A DNA stretch of 64,000 nt from assembly GCA_041665005.1 (NCBI GenBank), contig JBAYJR010000004.1:20669-84668 (forward strand), written 5' to 3'. The notes under the pieces were generated by a model. The model saw only the letters and a program-made list of their open reading frames with translations, searched no databases and had not been told where the DNA came from. The translations under genes were made by a program, and so were the position numbers. Below are positions 19,135 to 29,738 of the stretch, piece by piece. How positions within the stretch are numbered: position 1 is the first letter of the stretch; each line of letters begins with the position of its first letter. This DNA is from Candidatus Buchananbacteria bacterium. Lineage in GTDB: Bacteria; Patescibacteriota; Patescibacteriia; 2-01-FULL-39-33; JBAYJR01.

Positions 19135-19575
19135 TTATTCAGTCACGATAACTGTTACCTCGCTTTCTAAATTGTGCGGTAATTTAATTAGTACCCGATA
19201 GTCCCCCACTTCTTTAATTGGCTCCATAATAAATACTTGCTCTTTTTTTATAACACAACCTTGCTTCTTTAATAAACTAGCAATTTGTCCCGGTAAAATT
19301 TTGGCATACAAAGTACCGACTTCGTTAGTTTTACCCTTAATTACTACTTCGACGGTTTGTAATTTTTCGGCCAACTCTTGGGTTTGCTGTAAATCCGCTT
19401 CGGCCCGGAGACTTTTTTGTGCCTGTTGCTTTTTTAATTCTAATTCCAAGCCCGGCGTGGCTAAAGCAGCTAAATTTTTTGGCAACAAAAAATTACGCGC
19501 ATAACCATCAGAAACTTCTTTGGTGGCGCCTTTAACACCTAAGGCTGGCACATCTTTTAATAAAACTACCCGCAT
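19135..19575 (-). CDS. rplI: 50S ribosomal protein L9
   Basis: MRVVLLKDVPALGVKGATKEVSDGYARNFLLPKNLA... is a canonical L9 N-domain. Confidence 0.9.
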   Translation of the reverse strand: MRVVLLKDVPALGVKGATKEVSDGYARNFLLPKNLAALATPGLELELKKQQAQKSLRAEADLQQTQELAEKLQTVEVVIKGKTNEVGTLYAKILPGQIASLLKKQGCVIKKEQVFIMEPIKEVGDYRVLIKLPHNLESEVTVIVTE

Positions 19576-19599
19576 ATTAAAAAATATAATTACAATAAA

Positions 19600-19851
19600 T
19601 TAACTAACCTTAAAAACTTCTACCCCTTCTTTTACTAATTGATCTATTTTTAATCCCGCACTTTCACCGGCCTGCACTTCCGTTACTGGTGCATGATCTA
19701 CTTGCATTGAACTTATAACTTGTGAAAAATCTATTCCGTGACCAACCAAATGAATAGTATCACCAACTTTAATAGAACCCGTGGTTACTTCCAGCACAGC
19801 AATGCCGATTTTACTAAAAAAGTGAGTAATTTTACCAATTTTTTCTTCCAT
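19600..19851 (-). CDS. Small beta-barrel protein resembling a stand-alone EF-Tu domain-2 fold
   Basis: 83 aa; the KVGDTIHLVGHG...QVISSMQVDHAPVTEVQAGESAGLKI pattern resembles translation-factor domain 2. Weak, composition-based call. Confidence 0.4.
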   Translation of the reverse strand: MEEKIGKITHFFSKIGIAVLEVTTGSIKVGDTIHLVGHGIDFSQVISSMQVDHAPVTEVQAGESAGLKIDQLVKEGVEVFKVS

Positions 19852-19875
19852 AATTCACCCCCTTTCTTAGGGTAA

Positions 19876-21129
19876 TTATTTTAATAATTCTAAAGCCTTA
19901 GTTAATTGTGGGTCATTACCATTTTTAATATCGCTATCTAACAATTTTACCTCCAAATTTGGCTTTATGCCAACTTCATCAATCGTCCGACCCAAAGGAG
20001 TCAACCATTTAGCAATGGTCAATTTAACCGAAGAACCATCGGGTAGTTTATTCAAATCTTGAACCGAACCCTTACCAAAAGTTTTTTCACCAACCAAAGT
20101 AGCTAATTTATAATCCTGTAAAGCACCGGCCACTATCTCAGAAGCCGAGGCACTACCACCATCAACCAGTACTACTGTTTTTGTTTTGCCTAACCGGGGT
20201 TCTATTGCCGAATTATAAATTTCTTGGCGCTGATCAGAAAATTTTTCAATCACCGCTGGCTTGCCATCCAGCCATTCCCCTGCTACATCGATAGCTACAT
20301 CTAAAAATCCACCGGGATTACCTCGTAAATCCAAAATTAAACCACGCGGTTTTTCTAATAAAATATCGGCCACCGCCTGGCTAAATCTTTCTTTGGTGTC
20401 TTCATTAAAATGAGAAATTTTAATGTATGCTATTTTGTCTGCCTTAATTTCCCAACTAACACTAACAATTTTAATAGTGTCTCGCATAATTGAAAATTCC
20501 AATGGTTTATCCTGACCCTCTCTAATTATGACTAACTTAACTGTAGTACCACGTTTACCCCGAATTATGTTAACTGCCTGGTCCACCGCCATACTAGTTG
20601 TATCGATATTATTAATCCCAGCAATTACGTCACCAGACTTTAAACCAGCCTTAGCCGCCGGAGTTTCCGGCAAAGATGAAATTACTGTTAAACGATTTTG
20701 GCGAATGCCAATTTCTGCACCAATCCCCTCAAAACTACCACTCAAATCTTCCGTAAATTTTTTAGAAATTTCTGGTGGTAAAAAAACCGAATAAGGATCC
20801 GCTAACGAGGCCACAATACCAGACAAGGCCCCATAAAACAATTGCGTGTCAGGAATATCTTTTTTATAATAATTTTGCTTAATCAAAGTAACTACTTTAT
20901 TAAACAAAGAAAAATCTACATCTTTACTTAAATAGTCAGGACGTTGAACGGGAGTATTTAATACTTGACCATTAATCATCTCGCTGCCATTTAAATTGAC
21001 CGAGGTTTCGACTTTATGACCAAAATAAAAACCAATCACAAAAGTTAACAACAGCAAAACTGCCGAAATATATAGACTTAAATACTTACTCCAAACAAAG
21101 CCCTTCATTCTCTCTAATAATTTAATCAT
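19876..21129 (-). CDS. ctpA: Carboxyl-terminal processing protease (S41 family, CtpA-like) with PDZ domain
   Basis: N-terminal TM anchor, a PDZ segment (GIGAEIGIRQNRLTVISSLPETPAAKAGLKSGDVIAGINN) and an S41 catalytic region (LVDGGSASASEIVAGALQD...GEKTFGKGSVQ). Confidence 0.85.
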   Translation of the reverse strand: MIKLLERMKGFVWSKYLSLYISAVLLLLTFVIGFYFGHKVETSVNLNGSEMINGQVLNTPVQRPDYLSKDVDFSLFNKVVTLIKQNYYKKDIPDTQLFYGALSGIVASLADPYSVFLPPEISKKFTEDLSGSFEGIGAEIGIRQNRLTVISSLPETPAAKAGLKSGDVIAGINNIDTTSMAVDQAVNIIRGKRGTTVKLVIIREGQDKPLEFSIMRDTIKIVSVSWEIKADKIAYIKISHFNEDTKERFSQAVADILLEKPRGLILDLRGNPGGFLDVAIDVAGEWLDGKPAVIEKFSDQRQEIYNSAIEPRLGKTKTVVLVDGGSASASEIVAGALQDYKLATLVGEKTFGKGSVQDLNKLPDGSSVKLTIAKWLTPLGRTIDEVGIKPNLEVKLLDSDIKNGNDPQLTKALELLK

Positions 21130-21257
21130 AATTAGTTAAATAATTGTTTCAATTTAATACTAATATTTTAACAAATTTAACAAAAATAGGCAAAATATTA
21201 AAGAAAAGTAAAACCTTATTTATTTTTTAATAACCATTTTTTTATTAAATTTTAACC

Positions 21258-21286
21258 TTGTCAATACCAAGTTATAATGCTAGAAT
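21258..21286 (+). promoter_or_regulatory. Candidate sigma-70 promoter for murA
   Basis: TTGTCA at 21258-21263, a 17-nt spacer, then TAGAAT at 21281-21286. Implies a ~140-nt leader. Confidence 0.45.
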
Positions 21287-21431
21287 ACTCAAAGAAAACA
21301 TGTCCATCACAAGCAATTTAGAGGCCCGCTGTGTATAGGCAGGACAAAAACCAAAAGATAACATTTTTTATAAGAAGCAAAACAACAACTTAAAAAATAA
21401 TCAAAAAAAATTATTAAATTTTCTACGGAGT

Positions 21432-22688
21432 ATGGAAAAATATCAAATTATTGGTGGTAATCAATTAACTGGCGAAATACCAGTAGCTGGAGCCAAAAAT
21501 GCGGCTTTAAAAATTTTAGCCGCCAGTTTATTATCCACCAAACCCTTGACAATTACCAATTTACCAGTTATTGAAGATATCAATCGCATGAAAGATTTAT
21601 TGCTAGATTTGGGTGCAAAGATTTCGAATACTACCACTAGTACCATCATTGACACATCAACAGTAGCTAAAACTTCCCCCACCCCAGAGCTAGTACGTAA
21701 ACTCCGTTCTTCGGTAATGCTAGCTGGCCCATTATTGGCTAGATTTGGCGAGGTAACCCTAGTTCATCCCGGTGGTTGTATTATCGGCAAACGACCGATT
21801 GACCTGTTCTTGGAGGGTTTTAAGGCCTTAGGCGCTGAAGTAGTTGAACAAGCCGACGGCTACCAATTAAAGGCTAAAAAACTAACTGGTGCAAAAATTA
21901 TTTTACCAAAAGTCAGCGTTACCGTAACCGAAGCTATAATGATGACTGCCACCTTGGCCAACGGTACAACTAGAATAATTAATGCGGCAATGGAGCCAGA
22001 GATCCCGGCCTTGGCTGATTATCTAAACAACCAAGGAGCCAAAATTTCTGGAGCCGGCACTTCTGAAATTATCATTGAAGGCGTACAAGAATTATCCGCC
22101 GGCGAATTTACTTTAATCCCCGACCGTATTGAAACCGGTACCTTTGTTATCCTGGGTGCCCTGACTAATAGTGAAATTACCGTTACTAATTGCCAACCGG
22201 CTCACTTGGAAATTTTATGGTCGATCTTACAAAAAATTGGCGTGCCCTTAGAAATTGGAACAAATCAGATAACCACCAAACCTTGGAAAAAATTACAAGC
22301 CAACGATTTAATTACTCATGAATATCCGGGTTTTCCTACGGATCTGCAAGCACCGATGACGGTATTGCTAACCCAGGCCCAAGGCCCTAGCTTAATTCAT
22401 GAAACAATTTTCGAAGGTCGGCTATTTTACACAGACATTTTAAACCAAATGGGTGCTAATATTATTATGTGCGACCCACATCGGGTAGTGGTTAATGGCC
22501 CAACTAAATTATTCGGCCGCCATTTAACTAGCCCTGATTTACGCGCAGGCATGGCCTTAGTCTTGGCCGCCTTAATTGCTGAAGGTAATTCGGAGATTGA
22601 AAATATTTATCAAATTGATCGCGGTTATTCTAATATCGTTTCGCGTTTAGGAAAACTGGGGGCAAAAATTAACAAGATTACTGAGTAA
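21432..22688 (+). CDS. murA: UDP-N-acetylglucosamine 1-carboxyvinyltransferase MurA
   Basis: 418 aa beginning MEKYQIIGGNQLTGEIPVAGAKNAALKILAASLL with the EPSP-synthase-like fold, including the active-site Cys region LVHPGGCIIGKRPID. Confidence 0.9.
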   Translation: MEKYQIIGGNQLTGEIPVAGAKNAALKILAASLLSTKPLTITNLPVIEDINRMKDLLLDLGAKISNTTTSTIIDTSTVAKTSPTPELVRKLRSSVMLAGPLLARFGEVTLVHPGGCIIGKRPIDLFLEGFKALGAEVVEQADGYQLKAKKLTGAKIILPKVSVTVTEAIMMTATLANGTTRIINAAMEPEIPALADYLNNQGAKISGAGTSEIIIEGVQELSAGEFTLIPDRIETGTFVILGALTNSEITVTNCQPAHLEILWSILQKIGVPLEIGTNQITTKPWKKLQANDLITHEYPGFPTDLQAPMTVLLTQAQGPSLIHETIFEGRLFYTDILNQMGANIIMCDPHRVVVNGPTKLFGRHLTSPDLRAGMALVLAALIAEGNSEIENIYQIDRGYSNIVSRLGKLGAKINKITE

Positions 22689-22693
22689 AGTTT

Positions 22694-24019
22694 ATGACCC
22701 TTTTACAAAAGAGATTTATCTACAGTGGCTTCTTTCTATTATTTGCTATTTCAACTCCTCTATTAATTTTTTACACCGCCGGCTATAGCTACAATACCAA
22801 ACGCGGTGCTTTACAGAATACTGGTTTAATTATGGTTGAAGCAAAACCAAAAAGCTTAAATATATTATTAAATAATATCCTGGTTGCACAACAAACGCCA
22901 GCCCGTATCAAAGATTTAACGCCAGGAAAGTATTTGCTGACCTTAGCTAAAGACAACTATTACCCCTGGGAAAAAAATATAACCATCACTGCTGATCAAG
23001 CTAATTTTATCCAAAATATTACTTTAATTAAAAAAAACATACCCCAACAATTATTTGAAGCTGAAGAATCAAATATTAAACCTTTATTTAACGCTAATAA
23101 AATCCTTTATTTGGCCAAGGCCAAGACTGCTCCAGAACTAATAATTTATGACCTGACAAATAATCAAACACAAAAAATTTATACCTTTAAAACAGGTGAA
23201 AAAATAGAACTACTAGCAGTGGCGCCTAGCGAAAATAAGATACTACTTAAAAATTCTCTCAATAATTACTCCATTTTTAATTTAAGTACAAACGAAATCT
23301 TTAACTTAACCACCTTAATTGGCAAAACTTCAACCATTAAGTGGCATTTGTCTGATGACAATATTGTTTATTTTACTAACTCCCAAGGCTTGTGGCAAGC
23401 CGATTTATTTAATGGTAAAAAAATCTTAGTTGAATCAGTAACCAACTTATCGGATTTTTGGCTAACGGAAAAACAAAAAATTACAATCTTTAAAGTAAAT
23501 GACCGAAACTTATTTAAATACCAAGATTTGCTAACCAACTGGCAGCAAGTTGGCACCATAAAAAATAATCTAAAAATTTGGGGGGTATGGCAAAATAAAA
23601 TTATTTTCAAAGACCCAATAAATCAAGAAGTTTTAGTTGCTGATATTTTTTCTACCGAAAAACAACAAAGACTAATGGCTAAAAATTTAATTTGGTGGGA
23701 CGACCACACCTTACTAACATACACTGACTGGGAGATAAGCTTTTACAGCTTAACCGAGGAAAAATCCTATTTGATTAATCGCTATGGCGAAAAAATTCAG
23801 GCTCTGACTACATTAGATCAAAACCGCCGACTGGTTTTAGTTTTAAACAACAACCTACAACTCATGGAATTAGCTGACACCGAAAGACTAAATAATTTAG
23901 ACTTACTAAAAACCGAGAAAATTAGTAATCTCTCGGTTGACTTGACCGGCAAAAACTTGTTTTTCTCAGCCCAAATTGGCCAACAAAGTGGTTATTACTT
24001 ATTAAATTTACTTGACTAG
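22694..24019 (+). CDS. Hypothetical membrane-anchored protein with PEGA-like domain and a probable beta-propeller/TolB-like C-terminus
   Basis: N-terminal TM, a PEGA-like segment (LTPGKYLLTLAKDNYYPWEKNITI), then repetitive beta-rich sequence. Confidence 0.45.
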   Translation: MTLLQKRFIYSGFFLLFAISTPLLIFYTAGYSYNTKRGALQNTGLIMVEAKPKSLNILLNNILVAQQTPARIKDLTPGKYLLTLAKDNYYPWEKNITITADQANFIQNITLIKKNIPQQLFEAEESNIKPLFNANKILYLAKAKTAPELIIYDLTNNQTQKIYTFKTGEKIELLAVAPSENKILLKNSLNNYSIFNLSTNEIFNLTTLIGKTSTIKWHLSDDNIVYFTNSQGLWQADLFNGKKILVESVTNLSDFWLTEKQKITIFKVNDRNLFKYQDLLTNWQQVGTIKNNLKIWGVWQNKIIFKDPINQEVLVADIFSTEKQQRLMAKNLIWWDDHTLLTYTDWEISFYSLTEEKSYLINRYGEKIQALTTLDQNRRLVLVLNNNLQLMELADTERLNNLDLLKTEKISNLSVDLTGKNLFFSAQIGQQSGYYLLNLLD

Positions 24020-24421
24020 CGCCTGTTTAATTTTTTCTTGATACTGAGCTATTTCTTCTGGTTGATAGACCTTACTTGGCCAATTAGTCAGACCATCATT
24101 TTTTTTACGCGGAATCAAATGAAAATGTAAATGCTCAATTACCTGCCCAGCAACTGCACCATTATTTACTCCTAAGTTAAAGCCCTCAGCCTGGCTGCCA
24201 GCTACCACAGCAGGAGCAATTTTTTTAATAACCGCCAAAACCGCTGCTAAATCAGTTTCCTCGGCTGCAGGTAAATCAAGATAATGCTTTTTAGGAATAA
24301 CTATTGTGTGACCTTTGGTGGTGGGATTGATATCTAAAAAAGCTAAAACCGAGTCATCTTCATAAATTTTATAGCTGGAAACTTCGCCGGCCACAATTCT
24401 ACAAAAAACACAATTTGACAT
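24008..24421 (-). CDS. HIT-family (histidine triad) nucleotide hydrolase
   Basis: 137 aa with the HIT motif HLHFHLIP plus HTIVIPKKH. Confidence 0.85.
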   Translation of the reverse strand: MSNCVFCRIVAGEVSSYKIYEDDSVLAFLDINPTTKGHTIVIPKKHYLDLPAAEETDLAAVLAVIKKIAPAVVAGSQAEGFNLGVNNGAVAGQVIEHLHFHLIPRKKNDGLTNWPSKVYQPEEIAQYQEKIKQALVK

Positions 24422-24425
24422 AAAT

Positions 24426-26027
24426 TTAGGGATTTATTTTATATAAGTAGCCCAGCTGAGCGAAAGAGCCTACCAACTTAGCCGTCAACTGAGAATTTTT
24501 AGTTAAATAATCTATCTCGGTTTGATTAGAGCTATAAAAATAAACCGGTACGGCCTTGGCCAGTAAACTGATGTTGGCCAAAAATCTTGGCTCCTGCCAA
24601 TAAAAAATTACTTTACGAGTGGGGAAAAATATTTTATCACTATAGCTACTTATAATAATAGAATTTTCCTCAGTCAACAACCTAACTTTTTGGTTAATTT
24701 GTTGATAACCGCCAATGGTTTGCTTAATCGCCGCTAAACTTTCAGGGCCAATTTTCACCACCGTTTGATAAGCACAAAAAAAACAACCAATTAATAAAAC
24801 AATTAAAATAATATTCTGCCAAATAACTTTTTTAAACAGCAAGGCTAGCCAATCTATAAAATAGGCAGCCCAAGGTAACAAACTAAGATAAAAAGGCAAA
24901 AAATAGCGAACCTGGGAAGAACCGATTGAAACTTGCTGCATAACATTGTCATAAAAAAACCAACTACCATAAAACAACCAAATTAAAACGCTAACCATTA
25001 AACTGCCCACCAAATACTGCTGCTGACTTTTGGTTAATCTTTTTTGGCGGTGGTAAACAACTGCCAAGACTAATCCGGCCAAAACTAAACTGGCTGGCAA
25101 CCAAAAAATCTTTAGCCAATAACCATAAAAATTATACAGAATATTTTTTAAAACTAAGCCGTGTGGTAAAATAATTTTTTGCAGCAAAGACCAAATTCCG
25201 CCACCCGCCGCTATTTTGCTTAGACCCTCTGGTACATAACCGGTAACAAATGGGCTATTAAACAACTGCTGTTGGCCAATTAGCACTGGCACAAAGCAAA
25301 AAAAGACTAGCAATCCCGCTAAGGCAAACTTAACCAAATTATTAGTTTTAGTTCGCCAAAGCAGCAAACCAATCAGCAAAACCCCTACCCAAAATATTTC
25401 TGAAGTTCTTAAAATTAAGGCTAGACCAAAAGTAAAATTTGCCAATAAAAAATAAACCACTTGTTCTTTCAAAAAATATTTCTGAAAAAAATATAAACCG
25501 ATAATTATTAAATCTATAAATAAAATATTATTAAACAAAGCTCGGGCGTTATAATACCAAAAGGCCGGAAAAATAATCAACAAAAAAGTGGCCACCAAAG
25601 CCACTCTTTCTCTAAAAATATTTTTTAACAGCAAATAAAAGCAAACAATAGCCAAGCCGGAAACGATTGGCGTAACTACCGGAATAGCCCAAGCACCAAA
25701 GATTTGTCCAATCAAGCCTAATAACAAAATAAAACCCAACCAACTACCGGGCACAATACTTTTATTAACTACCGTCGTACTACGCGGATGAACTAAATTT
25801 AATTCCCCCGAAAGATAATTCAAAGGCTCTAGTTTGGCTAAACTCTGACCTTGCGCTAAGCGACTGCTAAAAAAATAATTAGCCGTTTCATCCGGAGTGT
25901 TAAAAATAAAAATATCACTGCCAAACTGCGCCGGTCGCAAAAACCAATAAAAAGAGGCATAAGCAACGCTGGCCAGTATAGCCAAAATTATCACCCAAAA
26001 AATATTTTTTTTAAGTAAATCCAACAT
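24426..26027 (-). CDS. Polytopic membrane protein, possibly a GT-C type glycosyltransferase (ArnT/PMT-like)
   Basis: 533 aa with more than 10 predicted TM helices and a loop/TM architecture similar to GT39/GT83 enzymes. No catalytic motif confirmed. Confidence 0.4.
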   Translation of the reverse strand: MLDLLKKNIFWVIILAILASVAYASFYWFLRPAQFGSDIFIFNTPDETANYFFSSRLAQGQSLAKLEPLNYLSGELNLVHPRSTTVVNKSIVPGSWLGFILLLGLIGQIFGAWAIPVVTPIVSGLAIVCFYLLLKNIFRERVALVATFLLIIFPAFWYYNARALFNNILFIDLIIIGLYFFQKYFLKEQVVYFLLANFTFGLALILRTSEIFWVGVLLIGLLLWRTKTNNLVKFALAGLLVFFCFVPVLIGQQQLFNSPFVTGYVPEGLSKIAAGGGIWSLLQKIILPHGLVLKNILYNFYGYWLKIFWLPASLVLAGLVLAVVYHRQKRLTKSQQQYLVGSLMVSVLIWLFYGSWFFYDNVMQQVSIGSSQVRYFLPFYLSLLPWAAYFIDWLALLFKKVIWQNIILIVLLIGCFFCAYQTVVKIGPESLAAIKQTIGGYQQINQKVRLLTEENSIIISSYSDKIFFPTRKVIFYWQEPRFLANISLLAKAVPVYFYSSNQTEIDYLTKNSQLTAKLVGSFAQLGYLYKINP

Positions 26028-26866
26028 TATTTAAGTTTAAATAATTGATTAGCGTTTTGCCAGGTTTGCGCAACTACCTGAGCTAATTCTAACTCTTTTA
26101 ACTCCGCAACCTTTTTGGCCACAAATTCTACATGCAACGGCTCGTTACGCTGGCCGCGAAAAGGCTCAGGCGCTAAATATGGCGCGTCAGTTTCAATTAA
26201 CATCTTCTCGGCTGAAATATTTTTAATTACCGCTTGCAGCTTGTCAGTTTTAGAAAAAGTAATCACCCCGGTAAATCCTAAGCTTAAATTCAAGTTTAAA
26301 AAAATTTCTGCCAAGGACCAATCCGCGGTAAAACAATGCACTACTCCCCTAATCTCACCAAACCCCTTAACCAAGCTAATTAGATCTTGATACGCCTTGC
26401 TCGGATTATCTTTAGCACCTCTGACGTGGATAATTACTGGCAAATCAAAATCTTTGGCTAATTGTAAGTGCTGCAAAAAAACCTCACTTTGAATTTTTTT
26501 CGCCGATTCTAGATCCGATTGTAAATGAAAATAATCTAGACCAGTTTCACCAATCGCTACTATTTTTTCGTTTGGCAACATCTTTTTAAATTCTTTAATA
26601 ACTTCCGCCGCGCTTAATTTGGCTTTTTCTTCGACAATTGCTTCTTCATGATCAACTTCAGAATCAGTAACATGAATTGGGTGTAACCCTAAAGAAGCAT
26701 ACAGACCAGGATATTTCTGCGCCAACTCCAAAGCCATACGAGAAGTTGGTAACTGTGAACCGACATTAACTACTCGCATACCAGCCGCCAAGGTCCGCAA
26801 AATAACCGCTTCGCGATCAGCGGCGAAACCCTGAAAATTTAAATGAGCATGACTATCAAACAGCAT
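26027..26866 (-). CDS. tatD: TatD-family metal-dependent hydrolase (DNase)
   Basis: MLFDSHAHLNF... N-terminal HxH motif and TIM-barrel amidohydrolase pattern. Lies next to metG as in many bacteria. Confidence 0.85.
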   Translation of the reverse strand: MLFDSHAHLNFQGFAADREAVILRTLAAGMRVVNVGSQLPTSRMALELAQKYPGLYASLGLHPIHVTDSEVDHEEAIVEEKAKLSAAEVIKEFKKMLPNEKIVAIGETGLDYFHLQSDLESAKKIQSEVFLQHLQLAKDFDLPVIIHVRGAKDNPSKAYQDLISLVKGFGEIRGVVHCFTADWSLAEIFLNLNLSLGFTGVITFSKTDKLQAVIKNISAEKMLIETDAPYLAPEPFRGQRNEPLHVEFVAKKVAELKELELAQVVAQTWQNANQLFKLK

Positions 26867-26936
26867 AATTTAAAATTTAAAAAGCAAAATGTAAAATTAT
26901 AAATTAAAAATTATAACTTATTATCTACTCCGATTT

Positions 26937-27455
26937 TTATATTAAAGCCTGTAAACGACGCACTGCTTCTGGCACTAACCACAACACCACGTTAGTTAAC
27001 GAAACTACCCAAGCGGCCACTGGTGAGGCTACAATTTCGCTACTTAGCCACTCATTAACCGGGTAACGGGCACTAATAAAAATTAACAAACCACAAATTA
27101 AGGCTCCTTCTACTAGTCCCAAGACTGCGCCAATCAAGCGATTAAAAGTTTTTAAAAACGGCACAAAAGAAATTAAATCATACGCTTTGTTTAACAAGGC
27201 AAAAATTATTGCCACTACCCGATCAATGATAATAAAAATTAAAACAAAAGCTACTATCAAGGCCCAATTATCCGCCCCCATAAAAAATGGACTAAGCCAA
27301 CCAGCCACCACCTCATACCATTGGCCAGCGGCAAAAACCCCCAAGGCTAGGCCAACAATCCCACCAAAAGTTTGAATGGCCCCGACGGCATAACCAAAAC
27401 CCACAAAGAAAAAAACAATCACCATTAGAGCTACGTCTAAAATTGTAAATGTCAT
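26937..27455 (-). CDS. cvpA: CvpA-family membrane protein
   Basis: 172 aa, 4 TM; the N-terminus MTFTILDVALMVIVFFFVGFGYAVG is typical of the CvpA/colicin V production family. Confidence 0.65.
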   Translation of the reverse strand: MTFTILDVALMVIVFFFVGFGYAVGAIQTFGGIVGLALGVFAAGQWYEVVAGWLSPFFMGADNWALIVAFVLIFIIIDRVVAIIFALLNKAYDLISFVPFLKTFNRLIGAVLGLVEGALICGLLIFISARYPVNEWLSSEIVASPVAAWVVSLTNVVLWLVPEAVRRLQALI

Positions 27456-27490
27456 AAATTTAAACTTAATTTTAAAATTATTTGATCTTT

Positions 27491-28921
27491 TTAATTTAGC
27501 CGGGGAAATAAATTGCTAATTTTTTCAATTTTATCCACCGTTAAACCTTGAATAATTTTTTCGGCTGTTTGTGGTAAAAATGGTTGCAGCTGATACGCCG
27601 CAGTTAGAATCTGGCTGGTATAACTACTGAGAGCCTCTGCTAATTCCTGTTGCTTCCCCTCTTTAGCCAGCGCCCAAGGCTTATCGGTATTAATTTGGCC
27701 ATCCACCGCGCTCAAATTGCGCCAAATTTTAGCCAACGCTTCGTTGAATTGATAATTGTCTAACTCAGTCTTAATTTCACCTAGCGCCTGACCGCCATCA
27801 ACTCTCAACTCAAGCTTAATATTATTACTAGCGATCAAGTTAGTCACCCGCGAAACTAAATTACCCAAGCCATTAGCCAGGTCTGCGTTGTAACGTAAAC
27901 TAAATTTTTCTTGCGTAAAATCACCATCTTCAAATGGTGGTATTTCACTTAATAAGTAATAACGCACTGCGTCCGTACCAAATTTTTCTACCAAAGTAAA
28001 AGGATTAACTACATTACCTAAGGATTTACTCATTTTTTGGCCACCAGACGTAATAAAACCATGAATTAAAACACGACTGGAATTTGGCAAATCCGCCGAC
28101 ATTAACATCGCTTGCCACATGGCCGTTTGATGACGTAAATTATCCTTACCGGCCGTTTGAACACCGGGCCAAAATTCCTTAAACTTTTTTTCATCGTCTG
28201 GCCAACCTAAACACGAAATATAATTAATCAAAGCATCAAACCAAACATACATTACCTGTTCTTCGTCACCAGGTACTGGGATACCCCAAGGCATTTTATT
28301 TTTTAGGCGGGAGATAGAAAAATCTTGTAAACCATTTTTAACAAAATTAGTAATTTCAGTTTGCCGATGTTTGGGCCAAACAAAATCCGGCTGCTTGGCA
28401 TAAAAATCTAGCAACGGCTGTTGATATTTAGAAAATTTAAAAAAATAATTTTCTTCCTCAATAATCTGTATGGCCAAATTTGGATGAATTGGACATTCGC
28501 CTTCTACTAACTCAGAATCAGTTTTTTCCATTTCGCAGCCCACACAATATTTAGCTAAATAATTTTTTTTGTAAATATCACCCTTTTTATCGCAAAGTTG
28601 CCAAAATTCTTGCGCGGCCAAAATATGCGCGGGATCAGTGGTACGAATAAAATTATTGTATGACAAGTTTAAATTTGCTTTTAGCGCATCAAACTTGGCC
28701 GCGTATTCGTCGCAATAAGCTTGCGGTTCTTTCCCCTCTTCCAGCGCTTTCTGATAAATTTTTAACCCGTGTTCATCGGTGCCGGTGTTAAAAAATACTT
28801 CCGCGCCAAAAAAACGTTGCGCCCGGGCAATAACATCGGCTTGCACGATTTCTAAAGCAAAACCAATGTGTGGTTCCGCATTAACATATGGCAAGGTGGT
28901 GGTAAGATAAAACTTAGACAT
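27491..28921 (-). CDS. metG: Methionine--tRNA ligase (class I)
   Basis: HIGH-region variant PYVNAEPHIGF and KMSKS motif (KMSKSLGNVV). 476 aa, no C-terminal Trbp111 domain. Confidence 0.9.
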   Translation of the reverse strand: MSKFYLTTTLPYVNAEPHIGFALEIVQADVIARAQRFFGAEVFFNTGTDEHGLKIYQKALEEGKEPQAYCDEYAAKFDALKANLNLSYNNFIRTTDPAHILAAQEFWQLCDKKGDIYKKNYLAKYCVGCEMEKTDSELVEGECPIHPNLAIQIIEEENYFFKFSKYQQPLLDFYAKQPDFVWPKHRQTEITNFVKNGLQDFSISRLKNKMPWGIPVPGDEEQVMYVWFDALINYISCLGWPDDEKKFKEFWPGVQTAGKDNLRHQTAMWQAMLMSADLPNSSRVLIHGFITSGGQKMSKSLGNVVNPFTLVEKFGTDAVRYYLLSEIPPFEDGDFTQEKFSLRYNADLANGLGNLVSRVTNLIASNNIKLELRVDGGQALGEIKTELDNYQFNEALAKIWRNLSAVDGQINTDKPWALAKEGKQQELAEALSSYTSQILTAAYQLQPFLPQTAEKIIQGLTVDKIEKISNLFPRLN

Positions 28922-28956
28922 AACAAAGGTAAAATTTAAATATCAAAATGTAAAAT

Positions 28957-29631
28957 TTAATTTTCAATTATAATTACAAATTCCCCTTTTTCATTCTTTT
29001 TGTCGCTGAGTATCGTTTGTTTAACTTCCGCAACTGTTCCGCGATAGATAGTTTCAAACATTTTAGTTAACTCGCGGCCGATAATAACTGGGCGTTCCGG
29101 AATTAATTTGGCTAAAGCTTCTAAACATTTAACCACGCGATGACTAGATTCGTAAAAAATGACCGGAACCTCACTAGCCACAATTTTTTTATACATCGTT
29201 TCACGACCCTTTTTATGCGGCAAAAATCCCAAAAATAAAAAATTATCTAAAGAAATACCGGCTACACTAATTAAGGTGGCTAACGCCGTAACTCCAGGAA
29301 TGGGCACAATTTGTACTTCTGGCGCCTTTTGTAAGACCTGACTGACCAAATAGCCACCCGGATCACACAGCCCGGGCGTGCCCGCGTCGGATACTACCGC
29401 AATATTTTTACCACTCTGCAACTGCTCTACTAAATAATCAATTTTTTGTACTTTAGAATGCTGATGATAAGAAATAGTCGGCTTGGAAATTTGATAATAA
29501 GCCAACAATTTTTTAGTCTGGCGCGTGTCTTCGCAGGCAATCAAATCCACCTCTTGCAACGTCTTAACCGCGCGAAAAGTAATGTCGGCTAAATTGCCGA
29601 TGGGCGTTGCAATAAGATAAAGATTGGCCAT
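28957..29631 (-). CDS. rsmI: 16S rRNA (cytidine1402-2'-O)-methyltransferase RsmI
   Basis: MANLYLIATPIGNLADITFRAVKTLQEVDLIACEDTR is the canonical RsmI N-terminus with a tetrapyrrole-methylase fold. Confidence 0.85.
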   Translation of the reverse strand: MANLYLIATPIGNLADITFRAVKTLQEVDLIACEDTRQTKKLLAYYQISKPTISYHQHSKVQKIDYLVEQLQSGKNIAVVSDAGTPGLCDPGGYLVSQVLQKAPEVQIVPIPGVTALATLISVAGISLDNFLFLGFLPHKKGRETMYKKIVASEVPVIFYESSHRVVKCLEALAKLIPERPVIIGRELTKMFETIYRGTVAEVKQTILSDKKNEKGEFVIIIEN

Positions 29632-29738
29632 AAAACTGTTTATATTTTAACACTTTTTAACAATTCTGACAAATAAAAGACCTCTTGACATTATTAATAA
29701 AAACCTATAAGCTACGGCTATAAAAGGAGGTGGCAAAA

